Below, one piece after another: positions 1-12,164 of a stretch of DNA of 64,000 nt. The DNA is from Octopus vulgaris (taxonomy: Eukaryota): the NCBI GenBank assembly GCA_951406725.2, contig OX597816.1, forward strand, positions 112,530,001 through 112,594,000. Direction: 5' to 3'. A program made the translations under genes and the position numbers. The notes below the pieces were generated by a model that was not told where the DNA came from, searched no databases, and was given only the letters and a program-made list of their open reading frames with translations. How positions within the stretch are numbered: position 1 is the stretch's first letter; each line of letters begins with the position of its first letter.

Positions 1-335
1 TTGGGCAAGTGTCTTCTACTATAGTCTCAAGCCGACCAAAGCCTTATGAGTAGATTTGGTAGACGGAGACTGAAAGAAGCCTGTCGTATATACGACAGGC
101 TATGTATGTATTTATGTGTGTGTGTCCATGTTTGCGTTTGTCCCCACCCCCACCATTGCTTGTTAACTGATGCTCATGTGTTTATGTCCCTGTAATTTAG
201 TGGTTCAGCAAAGGAGGCCAATAGAATAAGTGCTAGGCTTACAAAGAATAAGTCCTGACTAAAATCCTTTAATGCGGTGCTCCAGAATGGCCACAGTGAA
301 ATGACTGAAACAAGTAAAAGAATGAAAGAGTAAGA
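1..335 (+). mobile_element. SINE family A (tRNA-like head, central TA/TG tract, CR1-type LINE tail), cut by the window start
   Basis: TTGGGCAAGTGTCTTCTACTATAG body and GCGGTGCTCCAG..ATGACTGAAACAAGTAAAAG tail shared with many other copies in the window. Confidence 0.85.
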
Positions 336-493
336 ATGTACAGATGTTGACATGGCTATGTGATTCAGAATTTTGCTTCCCAAGTACATATTTTGTGACT
401 CAGATCCACTGCATTGGGCAAGTGTTTTCTACTATAGCATTTCAAGTGTTTTTCTATAGTTGTTGTAATTTTTGCCCCTATTTATAAGTGAAG

Positions 494-720
494 TACAACC
501 ATTTAAACCAGCCTTTTCAGGTCCATATATTCTATCTATTTTATTTTGAAACCAGCCAGATCTGGACTCTAATGCCTACATTACAGTGTCATTCTAAAAA
601 TATACAATCACATCATCAAAATTTCATTCAAAGCTATGAGATAATGCATGATTAATTCAAGACATTCTGAATAAATAAGCATTACATTTGACAGAGTAAT
701 CTGAATGCTAAAGGGTTAAA
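494..720. mobile_element. TTAA-flanked MITE (piggyBac-like), same family as 8313-8535
   Basis: Colinear with 8313-8535; ends GCTAAAGGGTTAA. Confidence 0.65.
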
Positions 721-939
721 TATGACAGAGGAGGAGCTGTTGGTTAAGAAGCTTGCTTTCCAAGCACATGATTTTGGGTTCAGGCCCCACTGTGTAGTAC
801 CCTGGGTAAGTGTCTCCTACAGTCTGAGGTTGATCAAAGCCTTGTGATTGGATTTGGGAGATGGAAACTGAAAGAAGCCTGTCAGATGTATGTGTGTATG
901 TTTGTGCATATATGTATGTGTATTATGCACGCACCAGTC

Positions 940-1575
940 CACTTATGTGTGCCTTTCCTTCATTGGACACTAAACTCTGCTTGCGAAGACCTGTTGAAGC
1001 AAGTGAAATTAAAATTGAAATCAAATTCGATGACTGGCATCCATGCTAGTGAAGTACTAAGAGTACCATACGAGTGAGATCGTTGCCAGAGCAACAAGCT
1101 GGCCTCCATGCTAGTGGAACGCTAAGAGTACCATACTAGTGAGATTGTTGTCAGAGCAACAAGCTGGCTTCCATGCAGATGGCACATTAAAAACACCATT
1201 TGAGCGTGATCATTACCTGCGTCGCCTTACTAGCACTTGTGCTGGTGACATGTGAAAAAAAATTTGAGCGAGGTCGTTGCCAGTTCCACTGGACTGGCTC
1301 CTGTGCAGGTGACACATAAAAAGCACCATTTGAGCAAGGCTTTTGCCTGTACCACCAGACTGGCCCTCATGCCAGTGGCACGTAAAAGCACCCACTACAC
1401 TCTCGGAGTGGTTGGCGTTAGGAAAGGCATCCAGCTGTAGAAACTCTGCCAGATCAGATTGGAGTCTGGTGCAGCCATCTGGTGCAGCCATCTGGTTCGC
1501 TAGACCTCAGTCAAATCGTCCAACCCTTGCTAGCATGGAAAGTGGATGTTAAATGATGATGATGATGATGATGAT
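940..1575 (+). mobile_element. RTE-clade LINE 3'UTR fragment ending in (GAT)n
   Basis: Colinear with 53826-54427, which directly follows an RTE ORF C-terminus. Confidence 0.8.
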
Positions 1576-1585
1576 AATGTGTTTC

Positions 1586-1817
1586 TGTGGTGAGCTGGCA
1601 GAAACGTTTGCATGCCGGGCGAAATGCGTAGCTGTATTTCGTCTGCCGTTACGTTCTGAGTTCAAATTCCGCCGAGGTCGACTTTGCCTTTCATCCTTTC
1701 GGGGTCGATAAATTAAGTACCAGTTATGCACTGGGGTTGATGTAATCAACTTAATCCCTTTGTCTCTCCTTGTTCGTCCCCTCTATGTTTAGCCCCTTGT
1801 GGGTAATAAAGAAACAG
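1586..1817 (+). mobile_element. SINE family B (tail type 1)
   Basis: GAGCTGGCAGAAACG and GAGTTCAAATTCC A/B-box-like head; flanked by direct repeat GATAATGTGTTT. Confidence 0.85.
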
Positions 1818-3184
1818 ATAATGTGTTTGTGTCTCCTTGTTTTAACATTGTTTGATAGTTATACAAGCAGTGTCATTCATTTCCAATGTTCTATGAAAAC
1901 ATGTCTGACCTTAAGAAAATATTTTGCTTGGAAACAGAAAGTTGGCAACATGAAGGGTGTCTAGTTGTGGAAGACCTGACTCAACACAGACCTATGCAAC
2001 TATGGAAAAATGGACGGCAAAACGATGATGATGATAATGAATATATTTTTTACAGTAGTATTCAAGTTGATTTTATTATAATGTCCATCATAGCTTATTC
2101 TACTACTCACTAACAGATATGAGTATGTATGTGTGAGATAAAATAGCAGTGGGTAAGATGAGGTATAATAAGTCAATATTTTATCTAAGTTCTGCTTATA
2201 GTGTAGTTTAAACAGAGCTAGATATAGCCCAAATATTAACCTTCTGATCATACTGGTAAACATCAGATCAATAAGTAGAAAAGTTTTAACATTTTTAATG
2301 ACTTTTAAGTCAGAAGTTTTTCTTTGTTGCTCATTGATTTCAATTGGATCTGTGGCAGTCTGTAACACTTTTGTCACAACAGTGTTTTTTTTTTCTCTTT
2401 CAGTAAAATCTCTTATATTTTGATATTTCCTACATTTTTATGTTAAATGATTGTGAACAAAAGATAGATAGAATTTGTTTTTTCATTCAACATAACAAAT
2501 CTATTACTGTTTTTAGAATATCACACTGCACAACCATTAAATTATTTGATTTGCTATTAGCTGCTATGAAACCAATTTGCCAAAATCGTTTCAGTTAATT
2601 TCTCTTTATTGAACTTTGCTCTGGCTTCCTTTTTATGTACTTAATGGTATAAGTGCAGATAAAGTAGGGTGAAATTAGTATGGAACTTATTCAGAGATAG
2701 CTCGAGCTATTTAACTTGCTCTTGAAAAATGGACTACAGAGCAAGTTTTTGTTTATATACATGGCTCAGCAAAAAAAAAAAAACAAAAAAAAAACAATCT
2801 TTTTAAATTGTAAGTTTTTCTATTCTTTGCTAATTGTTTTCTTATCTTTGTTATTTTTCTCAACTTGTGTGCTCAGAAATGCTTTTTATTTATCTACTCT
2901 AATACTTAAACAGGTTTTTGAAATTCAGTTTTACTAAGAGTATTTTTTACATTAACACTATCATCCTGTATGTTATTGCCTCTGTTTGATAAAGTTACCT
3001 ATGATCAGTGCGACCAACAAATCTCAAACTGACACAGTACACAAAAGCATTTTCTTGTATTATTACCTCCTTGTATTCTGTTTGAATACGGAATAAGTCA
3101 CAAATCCAAAGAAGATTGACTATCAAATTTCCATAACATATCATGTTGCTCAGATATTAACTTTATTCACTTAATGACTTAAAC

Positions 3185-4720
3185 CAGTGATCTTGAACCA
3201 TTTTTGATCTACAGCATACTGAATGAAGTCACTGAAAGTGTTATGGCACTCCTGTGGATTTTTAAATGTTTATTATTTAAAAAAATAAGTATTAAAATTG
3301 TTTTAAAACAGATTGGTGTATGCATTGCACTTGCTGCAAAGAAATGCACTGGTACAATGTATTAAAAAATAACATACAACTTACACTAGTATAAATTTTG
3401 ATAGAACTTACAAATTGTGCACAAAGACTGCAGCGATGAAGCAGTTAAAGAGTAAAGACTTTATAACAAGCTATGAATCTGATAACTGTGATAGTATTTT
3501 CTGTTCTGTTCTATAAAAGAATATCATTTATATTATATTATGTATTGTAAATATAAAACATGGTTGCAAATTAATGTTTTCTATTTTCACTAAGTAAAAA
3601 AAAAAATGATTTCTTTTTTGATTTATAGAAAAAAATGGTTTATAGAAAAAAAAATGATTTATAGAAAGTGATTGATTTAAAAATATAAGAATGAAAAAAT
3701 ATTCTTTGTTTTCTATTCACATTAAGTATAAAGTGTGTAAGACAAGTGATAAATTTGAACAAATGAATAGTCTTTACCAGCAATATTTCTACGACATTTG
3801 TAATTGTTTGTGTGTCATGATGCTTCTTGTCCTTGGTTGGATTGTCAATAAGGCTCGCTCTCAGAGTCCTTCCCCAGTGTTTGAAGCCATGACCTTCACT
3901 TGTTCTTAATCAGAGAAACTGTTGCACAAAACTAGGAAGTCGAGAAAGGAAATAGTGCATCAACTGCTGTCAATGTAACAATGGGGTGTTCCTATTGGGA
4001 AAAACAACCACAATGAAGTTGTGCCTGTTAAGTACTGCAGTTTCAATACTCTGTTATTTCCTGTCAATTCATCTTCTGACTCCTACACATTTAACATAAG
4101 TAGATCACTTAACTCAATCCAAAGGAGATGTATCAAGTGATGGAAAATACTTTGCAATAGCTTTTTTTTAGTTATATCAGTTGACTTATCCATCTGAATG
4201 GCAAAAACACTGGATTCTTTAATGTTATCTATCACTTTTCTGTCTTTGGCACATATTTTTTATGCATCTACTAAAAATGTTATCTATTATAGAGAAGGTA
4301 AAGAACTGCTTTTTCATATTCTTTGCCAAACACAGTAATTGTGTTTTCACAATATGTTGGTGTAATTGTTGTTTCAGTAACTGTGTAATTTTAATTATTT
4401 TTTTTACACGATTATTGTTGTAGAATAACTTGTTTCTTGAACTGTGTCCAAAATAGTTATGGTCTTGATTAATTGCTTAGTTTTTGTGTTTGATCAGTCA
4501 TTAGCTTTCTAAAATACTTCATAAGTTTCTTGCATAAACAAGAATGCTTTATACGAAAGTGTCTTCCTGGCTTATTTGGAATCATCGCATAATTTGCTAC
4601 TTTCTCACTGCAAGTAATGCACATATGATGTGACTGCACTGATACTGAAATAAATCTGAAGGACAAATAGTTTTTAATATACTGGCACACAACACTTTTC
4701 ATAACCTACACCAAAAGTGT
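3185..4720 (-). pseudogene. Decayed Buster/Charlie-type hAT transposon (ZBED5/SCAND3-like transposase), internally deleted
   Basis: Minus-strand translation gives a BED finger (YIKNYLSFRF..CITCSEKVANYAMIPNK..RHFRIKH), FAIQMDKSTD, and C-terminal LFPFSTS*FCAT..RALLTIQPR..KQLQMS*; TIR-like CAGTGATCTTGAACC at 3185. Confidence 0.8.
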
Positions 4721-5204
4721 TAAGTGTATTACAACCAGTATTAGAACCATTTATGCTTGATTCATTGTCATTGTAGTGACACTATTTTGGAAGTTTTCAG
4801 AGCGTATGCGCAGAGTTGGATTACTTCCGGTAGGCCGCCAGAAGTTCCCTCATGCATGTGTGCAGAGAACTGCCAACAGAAAGTTTTCCTGCTAGATCGG
4901 TCTTTCGGAAGCTGAAGCTGAATCGAGTGGACACAATTCAAGGTTATCTCTGAGATTTTTAACTAGAAATCTGTCCATGTCAAAGTTCTGTAAACAAGCG
5001 AAAATAAGTGAAGCTAAATTCAGAAATGACAACAGCAAACAATGTACTCATTCTTGCTTTCTTTGCTAATGGTTGTCATCAGTGTTGATAATGATTTTTT
5101 AAAAAAAGATTTAAAAAAAAAATAAATACTCAAACCTCTGCATATAAATATAATTTTTTCTGAATTAAGTATCTAGATGATGAAAAGAAAATTAAGAAAG
5201 CTTT

Positions 5205-5590
5205 AATATTCAAAACTCCAGAGTACACAATATTGGTATGATTTCTTTTCCCAACACTGTCACAATACCTGCATCACCCTGCGTAATTCTTGACAGGCCT
5301 ATGTATAATGTCCATGTGCAAATGTATCGGTTGGGAAGAACAGACCTATTTTACTCACTGATTGACATTGAGATTTATTGACTGTCATTGCAGAAGCCAC
5401 TCTAACTGGAAGCTGCAAGCATGTAACAGTGAATAGCAGAGTAATGTCAGAAGGTCTCAGTTTAATTCTCAGCACAATGACATGTTTTCTATAATGTTCA
5501 CCTTCTGTAACAATGTCGCCTTCAATCAGGCATTCATATAAATGGGTTATTGGAATTCTTGTTCTACTGCAAAGCCCATTAACCATATTT
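5205..5590 (-). pseudogene. Helitron PIF1-helicase C-terminal fragment
   Basis: NGLCSRTR..RIKLRPSD..QLPVRVASAMTVNKSQCQS..FAHG, then frameshifted LYIGLSR and TNIVYSGVL: PIF1 motifs V-VI and the usual Helitron C-terminus. Confidence 0.9.
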
Positions 5591-6597
5591 AAATTTTGCT
5601 ACGGCATTACAACATATTTCCCTTTTCAATTGCTTTCATTCACATTGAGTTACTTGAATTGCCTCTTCATTGTCTTCTCCATTTTTATTTTCTTTCCAAT
5701 GTTTCTATTTTATTTTTGTTGATAGTGCCTTTCCCTTTTCTGCTTTTTTTCCTCTTTCCAATGATCCTTCGTTATCCGTAATGTATATGTATAGAAAACC
5801 AAAAGTTATCTGGCTAGGATCTGTATTTAATAATGTTTAATTATATCAGTTGTGAGTATACTGTTGGTTAGAATGTAAATTGTTACTCTACATTCTGTGA
5901 TATAAGTATGGATGAAGCAATATGCAAAAAGTTTTCTTGAGAGCAAAACAAAAAAACAGATAACACTCACTAAAAAGAAATTATCTTCAGGGAGGAAAGA
6001 AAATCAATGAGCATCAAAGGTGAATGATTTTCAATAATGATAAAATTATACTGTATATGAATTTAGGAAAAATGAATTACAAACTGAAGGATCATGTCAT
6101 ATAATTTCTATGAAATAAATATGAAATATTTATCATAACATTTCTTTGATAGACACACCTTGCAAAAACACAATGAAGAATAAATAAAATAACATGAAAG
6201 CATTATTCTAGTAAAGGAAATGGACTAACTCATTTCAATTTTAAGACATTCACTCACACATGCAAATGTTACTGCAAAAAAAGTATCTAGTGAATTCAGT
6301 TCAGAATATCATTGAAGGTCAAAGTCAAAGCATGACAGTCACATAAACGTGTTATTTTAGTTGTGCACATATGTCATAAACGATTCAGTGATGGAAATGC
6401 ATGCAACCAATCCAAATAGAGCTGACTGTAAGCTAATTCAACGCTCAACTTTTCTACATATGCCAATATTTTTCACCTTGCTTCAAAAACTTGCAGAGCA
6501 CCTGCAGATTATATGCAGCATACTTGTACACTGTGGTACAGTGACTGAAAATGTCCAGTACTGACTAAAAACTGCTAATTAGCATATGATATAATTT

Positions 6598-6895
6598 AGA
6601 GGTGCATGGCTTAGTGGTTAAGGTGTTGAACTCACGATCGTAAGATTGTGGCTTCGATTCCTGGACCAGGCAATGTGTTGTATTCTTGAGAAAACACTTC
6701 ATTTCATGTTGCTCCTGTCCACTCAGCTGTAGAAATGAGTATCACTAGTGGAGGTGCATTGCTTAGTGGTTAGGATGTTGGATTCACAACTGTAAGATTG
6801 TGGTTTTGGTACCTTGGCTGGGTGATCTATTGTGTTCTTGAGCAAAACTCTTCATTTCATGTTACTCTAGTCCACTCAGCTGCAAAAATGAGTTT
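6598..6895 (+). mobile_element. Two tandem 5' portions of SINE family C
   Basis: TGGCTTAGTGGTTAAG and TTCGATTCC Pol III boxes, then GTCCACTCAGCTG(T/C)A(G/A)AAATGAGT; units at 6598-6742 and 6750-6895. Confidence 0.7.
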
Positions 6896-7852
6896 AGCCT
6901 GGAGAGGGATGGGCTCCACCAGGCTTTCTCACCCAAGGTATGCTACATGGCTGCAGCACCCAAACAACCCCCAAAGGGTTAAAGGACTTGTCCATTGTCC
7001 ATAATTTAGTGTTCTTAATTGTTTGTCTCTCTGATGTCCATGGAAACTGAGCCAGTGAAATAGCTTCTATGTGGTCACTCAACTTACTTGAAATAAGAAA
7101 TCGGAATTATTTTCTATTCCTCTGTATTTCCATAAAATACTGAAATTGCCTTAATTCAAATAGTAAACCTTTATATCTAGGCTTATTGTAGCTAATAGCT
7201 AATGTGAAAATAAAGTGGATTTCACCAATACAAGATTTGATTAAGAATATATTTAAACAAAAATCACATAGATTTCAATTTCATATGCTTAAAAATATGT
7301 CCATTGTAAAAACATACATGCTTTTATTCCTAAGACATCGATGACTTCTTCATTGAGGAAGGATTATTAAGAAATTGAGATTGAATGTTAAAACTACTGC
7401 TAATCTCAGTTTCATAAGCAATTTCAGACTTATTTTCAATGAAATCTTTTGCATTGACTATAGTGTATTTAATAAAAGTATAGGAAAAAATGGAAAGATG
7501 TGGAAGTAAAAATATCCTTGTTAATATTATATCATCTTAACTTATGAAAATATGTTTGTGGTTTTTATGTAGCGATTTGCTCTTCAAGACACACTCTACC
7601 GTCTTTTAAAAATCATATGGAAATACACAATATAATGTAGCCTAATCTCTGTAAAGATGGGGTAGTCATGGTTGGAGTGCTTTTCATCATAGGCCTAGAG
7701 AATAAAGACTGCTCGGGGCTAAACAATATCATCTGGGTTTGCACAATCTCTTAAATGTATATAATTGCTGCAACTAAGATAGCTAAGATACTTATTTCTA
7801 TCACAAATTTTCTAAAAACTTCCATCATTTTAAAATTTCATGTAGTCTATCT

Positions 7853-8240
7853 TTGCAGGTATGGCTGTGTAGTTAAAAATAGCTTGATTCATTACCATGT
7901 AGTTTCAGGTTCAGTTCCACTGTACATTACCTTGGAAATAAGGCTTCCTTTCTAGCCCTTGGCTGACCAATGCCTTATAAGTGAATTTGCCAAATGGAAA
8001 CTGTATGGACGCCAAAAATATGTGTGTGTGATTCTCCACCCCTCTGCTTGGAATCTGACATTGCTTTCTTTAAATACAATAACTTTTAATGGTTCAGCAA
8101 CAGAGATCAATAGAATAAGTACTAACTTTAAAAAAACATAAGTATTAAGGGTCAATTTGTTCAACTGAAACCCTTCAAGGTGGGGCCTCACCAGAGCTGC
8201 AGTCAAATGACTAAAACAAGTAAAAAAAAATCAAAGATTA
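7853..8240 (+). mobile_element. SINE family A, diverged
   Basis: Head GCAGGTATGGCTGTGTAGTTAA, tail GCAGTCAAATGACTAAAACAAGTAA. Confidence 0.8.
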
Positions 8241-8312
8241 CACATGGTAATTTAAAAAATACCTGCATTTGCTTTATCCTGCACTAGTTATGAGATGAGA
8301 AAGCAACTTAGC

Positions 8313-8535
8313 TTAACCACTTAAAATTTAAACCAGTCATATCCGGCTCAAATAAAATATTCTACCTGTTTTATTTTCCAAACTGGCTGAGTCTGGCCTC
8401 TTACACTAACCCTACAATGTAATTCTAAAAATAAACAATTGCATCATTGAAGTCTCAAAGCTACAAAATATTTCAAAGCAATATGAATATATAAACATTT
8501 CATTTGACAGAGTAATATCAATACTAAAGATTTAA
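8313..8535. mobile_element. piggyBac-like MITE with TTAA target duplication
   Basis: TTAA at 8313-8316 and 8532-8535; the paralogous inverted arm near 10575 has one TTAA and no insert (empty site). Confidence 0.75.
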
Positions 8536-9002
8536 AAGTGTATTTATATCTTGGTTTTAATCATGGTACTATAGACATAATAGAAAATCTAACTGGAGCA
8601 TTTCTGATTTCATTTGCGTATTTATTACCATCTTTTACTCTTTTCAGTATCACAAATACACATACAATCACATAAACATCTTATCAAGTTAAGATGTCTG
8701 CAATTACTTAGCTTCATCAATCAATCTTAATAGACACATAAATTTCTCATTTATAAATATCTTCCATTGTATAACACTGGTCTTGAAGTAACAAGAATTT
8801 CATTATGAAGAAAGGACTATTTAGAAATCAACAGTCAATGTAGAAACTAATACTTCGTCCACCTTCAAAAGTAGTTTTCAGTTGTGTTAAATCTTGTAAG
8901 TACTTCATACTTATCATCTTCAGTCTTAGGAAAAATATGAATGTCACAGCAGTGCATTGTTCCTTTTGAAAACAAGAAAATTAGAAATTAGGAGTGGCTG
9001 GG

Positions 9003-9392
9003 AGGCGCAGGAGTGGCTGTGTGGTAAGTAGCTCCTTACCAACTACATGGTTTCAGGTTCAGTCCCACTGCATAGCACCTTGGGCAAGTGTCTTCTATTA
9101 TAGTCTTGGGCCAACCAAAGCCTTGAGTGGATTTGGTAGATGGAAATTGAAAACCTGTTGAATATATGTGTATATATATACATATATATGTTTGTGTGTC
9201 TGTGTTTGTCCCCCCACTATTGCTTGACAACCAATGCTGGTGTGTTTACATCACCGTAACTTAGCAGTTTGGCAAAAGATACTGACAGAATAAGTACTAG
9301 ACTTACAAAGAATTAGTCCTGGGGTCAATTTGTTCAACTAAAAGTGGTGCTCCAGCATGACTGCAATCAAATGATTGAAACAAATAAAAGAA
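9003..9392 (+). mobile_element. SINE family A, full length
   Basis: GGCGCAGGAGTGGCTGTGTGGTAAG..GGTTCAGTCCC head, TA/TG tract, conserved tail. Confidence 0.9.
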
Positions 9393-9595
9393 TATGTATT
9401 TGAAACTAAAGTTCACTGCTGGTTTTAACAAACATACTGCAATGATTTTATGACTCCAATAAGATTTCTTGAGTTTCTGATATAGTTTGGGTCATAGGTA
9501 GGTAAAAATCAGATTTAAGTCTAGTGAGTAAATGGTAGAAATCTGAGGTATTGTTGTCAGTGTGTGTAAGATATTACTATATGGCTATTGAAACC

Positions 9596-9743
9596 TTTTA
9601 TCTTTTACTTGTTTCAATCATTAGGCTGCTGTTATCTCCAAGGCTGGAGCACTGCCTTGGAAATAACAGCCTACCATAACCAGGCTTTGAACTTGGGTTA
9701 TTATGGCCATAATGTGGGGTCCTAACCACTAAACAATCATGGC
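9596..9743 (-). mobile_element. tRNA-His-derived head fused to the family A / CR1-type tail (short SINE or tailed tRNA pseudogene)
   Basis: Minus strand GCCATGATTGTTTAGTGGTTAGGACCCCACATTATGGCC..CCCAAGTTCAAAGCCTGGTTATGG resembles invertebrate tRNA-His(GTG) with CpG decay; followed by AAGGCAGTGCTCCAGC..GATTGAAACAAGTAAAAG. Confidence 0.75.
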
Positions 9744-9829
9744 TTAGTGGTAAAAGTAATCTGGGTTTATTTAAAATTAGCAAAATATTGAAATCCATTT
9801 GAGCCAAAAGAAAATTAATTGGATGATAA

Positions 9830-10205
9830 ATATTGTCATCAACACTACTTTTTCCTTGCTTGCATGGGTCAGATGAGATTGCATAGGGACAGAGCATTTT
9901 TGTTTTGTCTCTTTCCACAATTGGATACCCTTGGTTGATAGTCCCATGTGTTTCCAGGTGAAATAATAATTTCTTTGCTTATCAAACAACAAACAGCTTA
10001 GACATGCTTTCGTGGTCAACTGCACACAAACAATATTATCAGGAAGCTGTTATTTACAGACCAGCAAATGTAAGGGAAACTTGAACTCGCTCACATACAG
10101 CTACATATGACAGGGTTCTTACAGTTTTCAAAGTCATTCACAAAGCTTATAGTAGAGGACACTTGCCCAAGGGTTTGTATAGTGAGACTGAACCTAGAAC
10201 CAATA
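9830..10205 (-). mobile_element. Family A head with RTE-type tail, diverged
   Basis: GACACTTGCCCAAGG head remnant and TTGCATGGGTCAGATG tail remnant. Confidence 0.55.
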
Positions 10206-10234
10206 GCTATTGAAAATTTTATTTGCTGAAAACA

Positions 10235-10935
10235 AAATTACTTTTGAAAGTGGACGAAGTATTAGTTTCTACAATGACTGTTGATTTATAAATAGTCCTT
10301 TCTTCATAATTAAAACCCTGTTACTTCAAGACCAGTGTCATACAATGGAAGATATTTATAAATATGGGAATTTTATATGTCTATTAAGATTGATTGATTG
10401 AAGCTAAGTAATTGCTGACATTTTAACTTGGTAAGATATTTATGCGATTGTGTTTGTGATACTGAAAAGAGTAAAAGATGGTAATAAATACACAATTGAA
10501 ATCAGAAATGCTCCACTTAGAATTTCTAATATTTTTATAGTACCATGATTAGAGCCAGAACATAACCATACATTTAAGCTAATTTGCTTTCTACTATCAT
10601 AACTTGCACAGGATAAAGCAATTATAGGTAATTTTCAGTTTGTGTATGACAATTGTCATCTTCTTTCACATGTAATATTATATGAAATTTCTATATGGAA
10701 GTTGTCGGAAAATTTGTGATAGAAAAGAGTATATATATCCCCTAGGACCATCTTAACTTGACCCGGCTGCCATCAATCAGTCTAAATGCAGTAAATATTG
10801 GAATCTATTGATTTTGGTTGGATATTAGCTAGAATAAGCCTAGACACATAGTTTGACTATCTGAACTAATAGAGTTTCAATCTGTTTGGAAATAGAAGAG
10901 GGTAGAAAACAATTCTGATTTCTTATTTCAAGTCA
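10235..10935. repeat. Right arm of the inverted duplication
   Basis: Reverse complement of segments of 7085-8880. Confidence 0.85.
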
Positions 10936-11139
10936 TGTAGCTATATATTATAAAAAATAACAACATTATAAAAAATAAAGTAATGTATTTGAAACGATTC
11001 AGTAATTGTGGAAAATTGAGCGTATTAGTTTCTCTCCTTGTAAAGCAATAACATAAATATTTTGATTAAAGCAGGTAAATAAAATCGAAACTAATTCATT
11101 ATTAATGCTGTATGAAACTGTTTTATTATTATCATCATT

Positions 11140-11170
<31 letters not shown>

Positions 11171-12164
11171 GAAATGTATGTTTTAGTAAATAAAAATATA
11201 TAACTAAAATCATCTAGATATAACCAAGATATTATCTAGGAATGCAGCTTAAATCTGTAACAATGATTGTCAGTACATATAAAAGATGAAATTCTTAATG
11301 AAACAATTGTAATTTCTGTGTTTCTTTGGAATTAACATATCAGTTATTTCATTGTTTCTAAACTCTAAGATTTTGGTATACTTATGATTCTTGATACATG
11401 TTCTAAAGATCTTCACATACACTCAATGTTAAAGATAAATAGATATTGAAATTAATTATGAGGTATAATGCTATCATAATCTTATTGGTTTTCGATATAA
11501 ATTCTTTAGATACAATGAAATTTTCAAATGTAGGGAAAAGAAATTATAAATAACTAGACCACTTTATTGAAGCTGTTTACTGATAGTAGTTCTATCTTAT
11601 GCATTTTATTATTAATTTCTAATTGTGATTTTATTTGTAAAAAAAAAAGCCTATTTGTCTTTAATTTTTATTTTTGTTCAGTGACTGTATTCTTTTGGTT
11701 TTCTTTTTCATCGCAGATATTACTATAGTTTGCGTGCTAATGTTTAGTAATTAAAATAAGATAGAATTAAAAAAGAAAATTATTTTAAAATTCACTCTTG
11801 TGGATAGCATTAATTTGTAACTGGAAAAATGGTGAATTAGTCTATTTTAATTGATTGGAAAACAATTAGAATAAAAGAATTATATCCCTTAAAACAATAA
11901 ATCATTTCAGAAAGAGAAAAATAATAGAGGTACAAAGGAGTAATGGTGTGAAAAGTGATGCTTCACTTTTATGGACTTTAAGCTAGAAGTTTGCAGGAGA
12001 CTGATTCGTTCTCATATACAACAGAACAATACAGCAACCAGCAGTTCATGTAATCCTTATCATGAGCCAGTGATATGATGATACAAATGTATACACCAAG
12101 TAGATTTCGCTTTATACATTATATTGACCAAAAAGCATTAAAAAAATATAGATATGAATGAAGC

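Larger units (their letters stand above)
725..2040 (+). mobile_element. Nested cluster: family A head (725-925) with RTE-type tail (1820-2040), interrupted by an RTE 3'UTR and a family B SINE
   Basis: Head matches family A; 1820-2040 matches the body and tail of 32158-32565 and ends GGACGGCAAAACGATGATGATGAT. Confidence 0.6.
7085..8880. repeat. Left arm of an inverted duplication (partner 10235-10935), interrupted by later insertions
   Basis: 8535-8878 is the reverse complement of 10236-10578 (about 90% by eye); 8250-8316, 7790-7850 and 7085-7230 also map inverted. Confidence 0.85.

Noticed and set aside
2000-2377. 125-aa minus-strand ORF
   Set aside because: No recognisable domain; ends in a SINE (GAT)n tail
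8644-8722. TGATGA..CTGA on the minus strand, like a C/D snoRNA
   Set aside because: Box C is disrupted in the paralogous arm; no terminal stem or recognisable guide
9672-9743. Functional tRNA-His gene
   Set aside because: Anticodon (ATG instead of GTG) and T-loop are mutated, and it is fused to a retroposon tail
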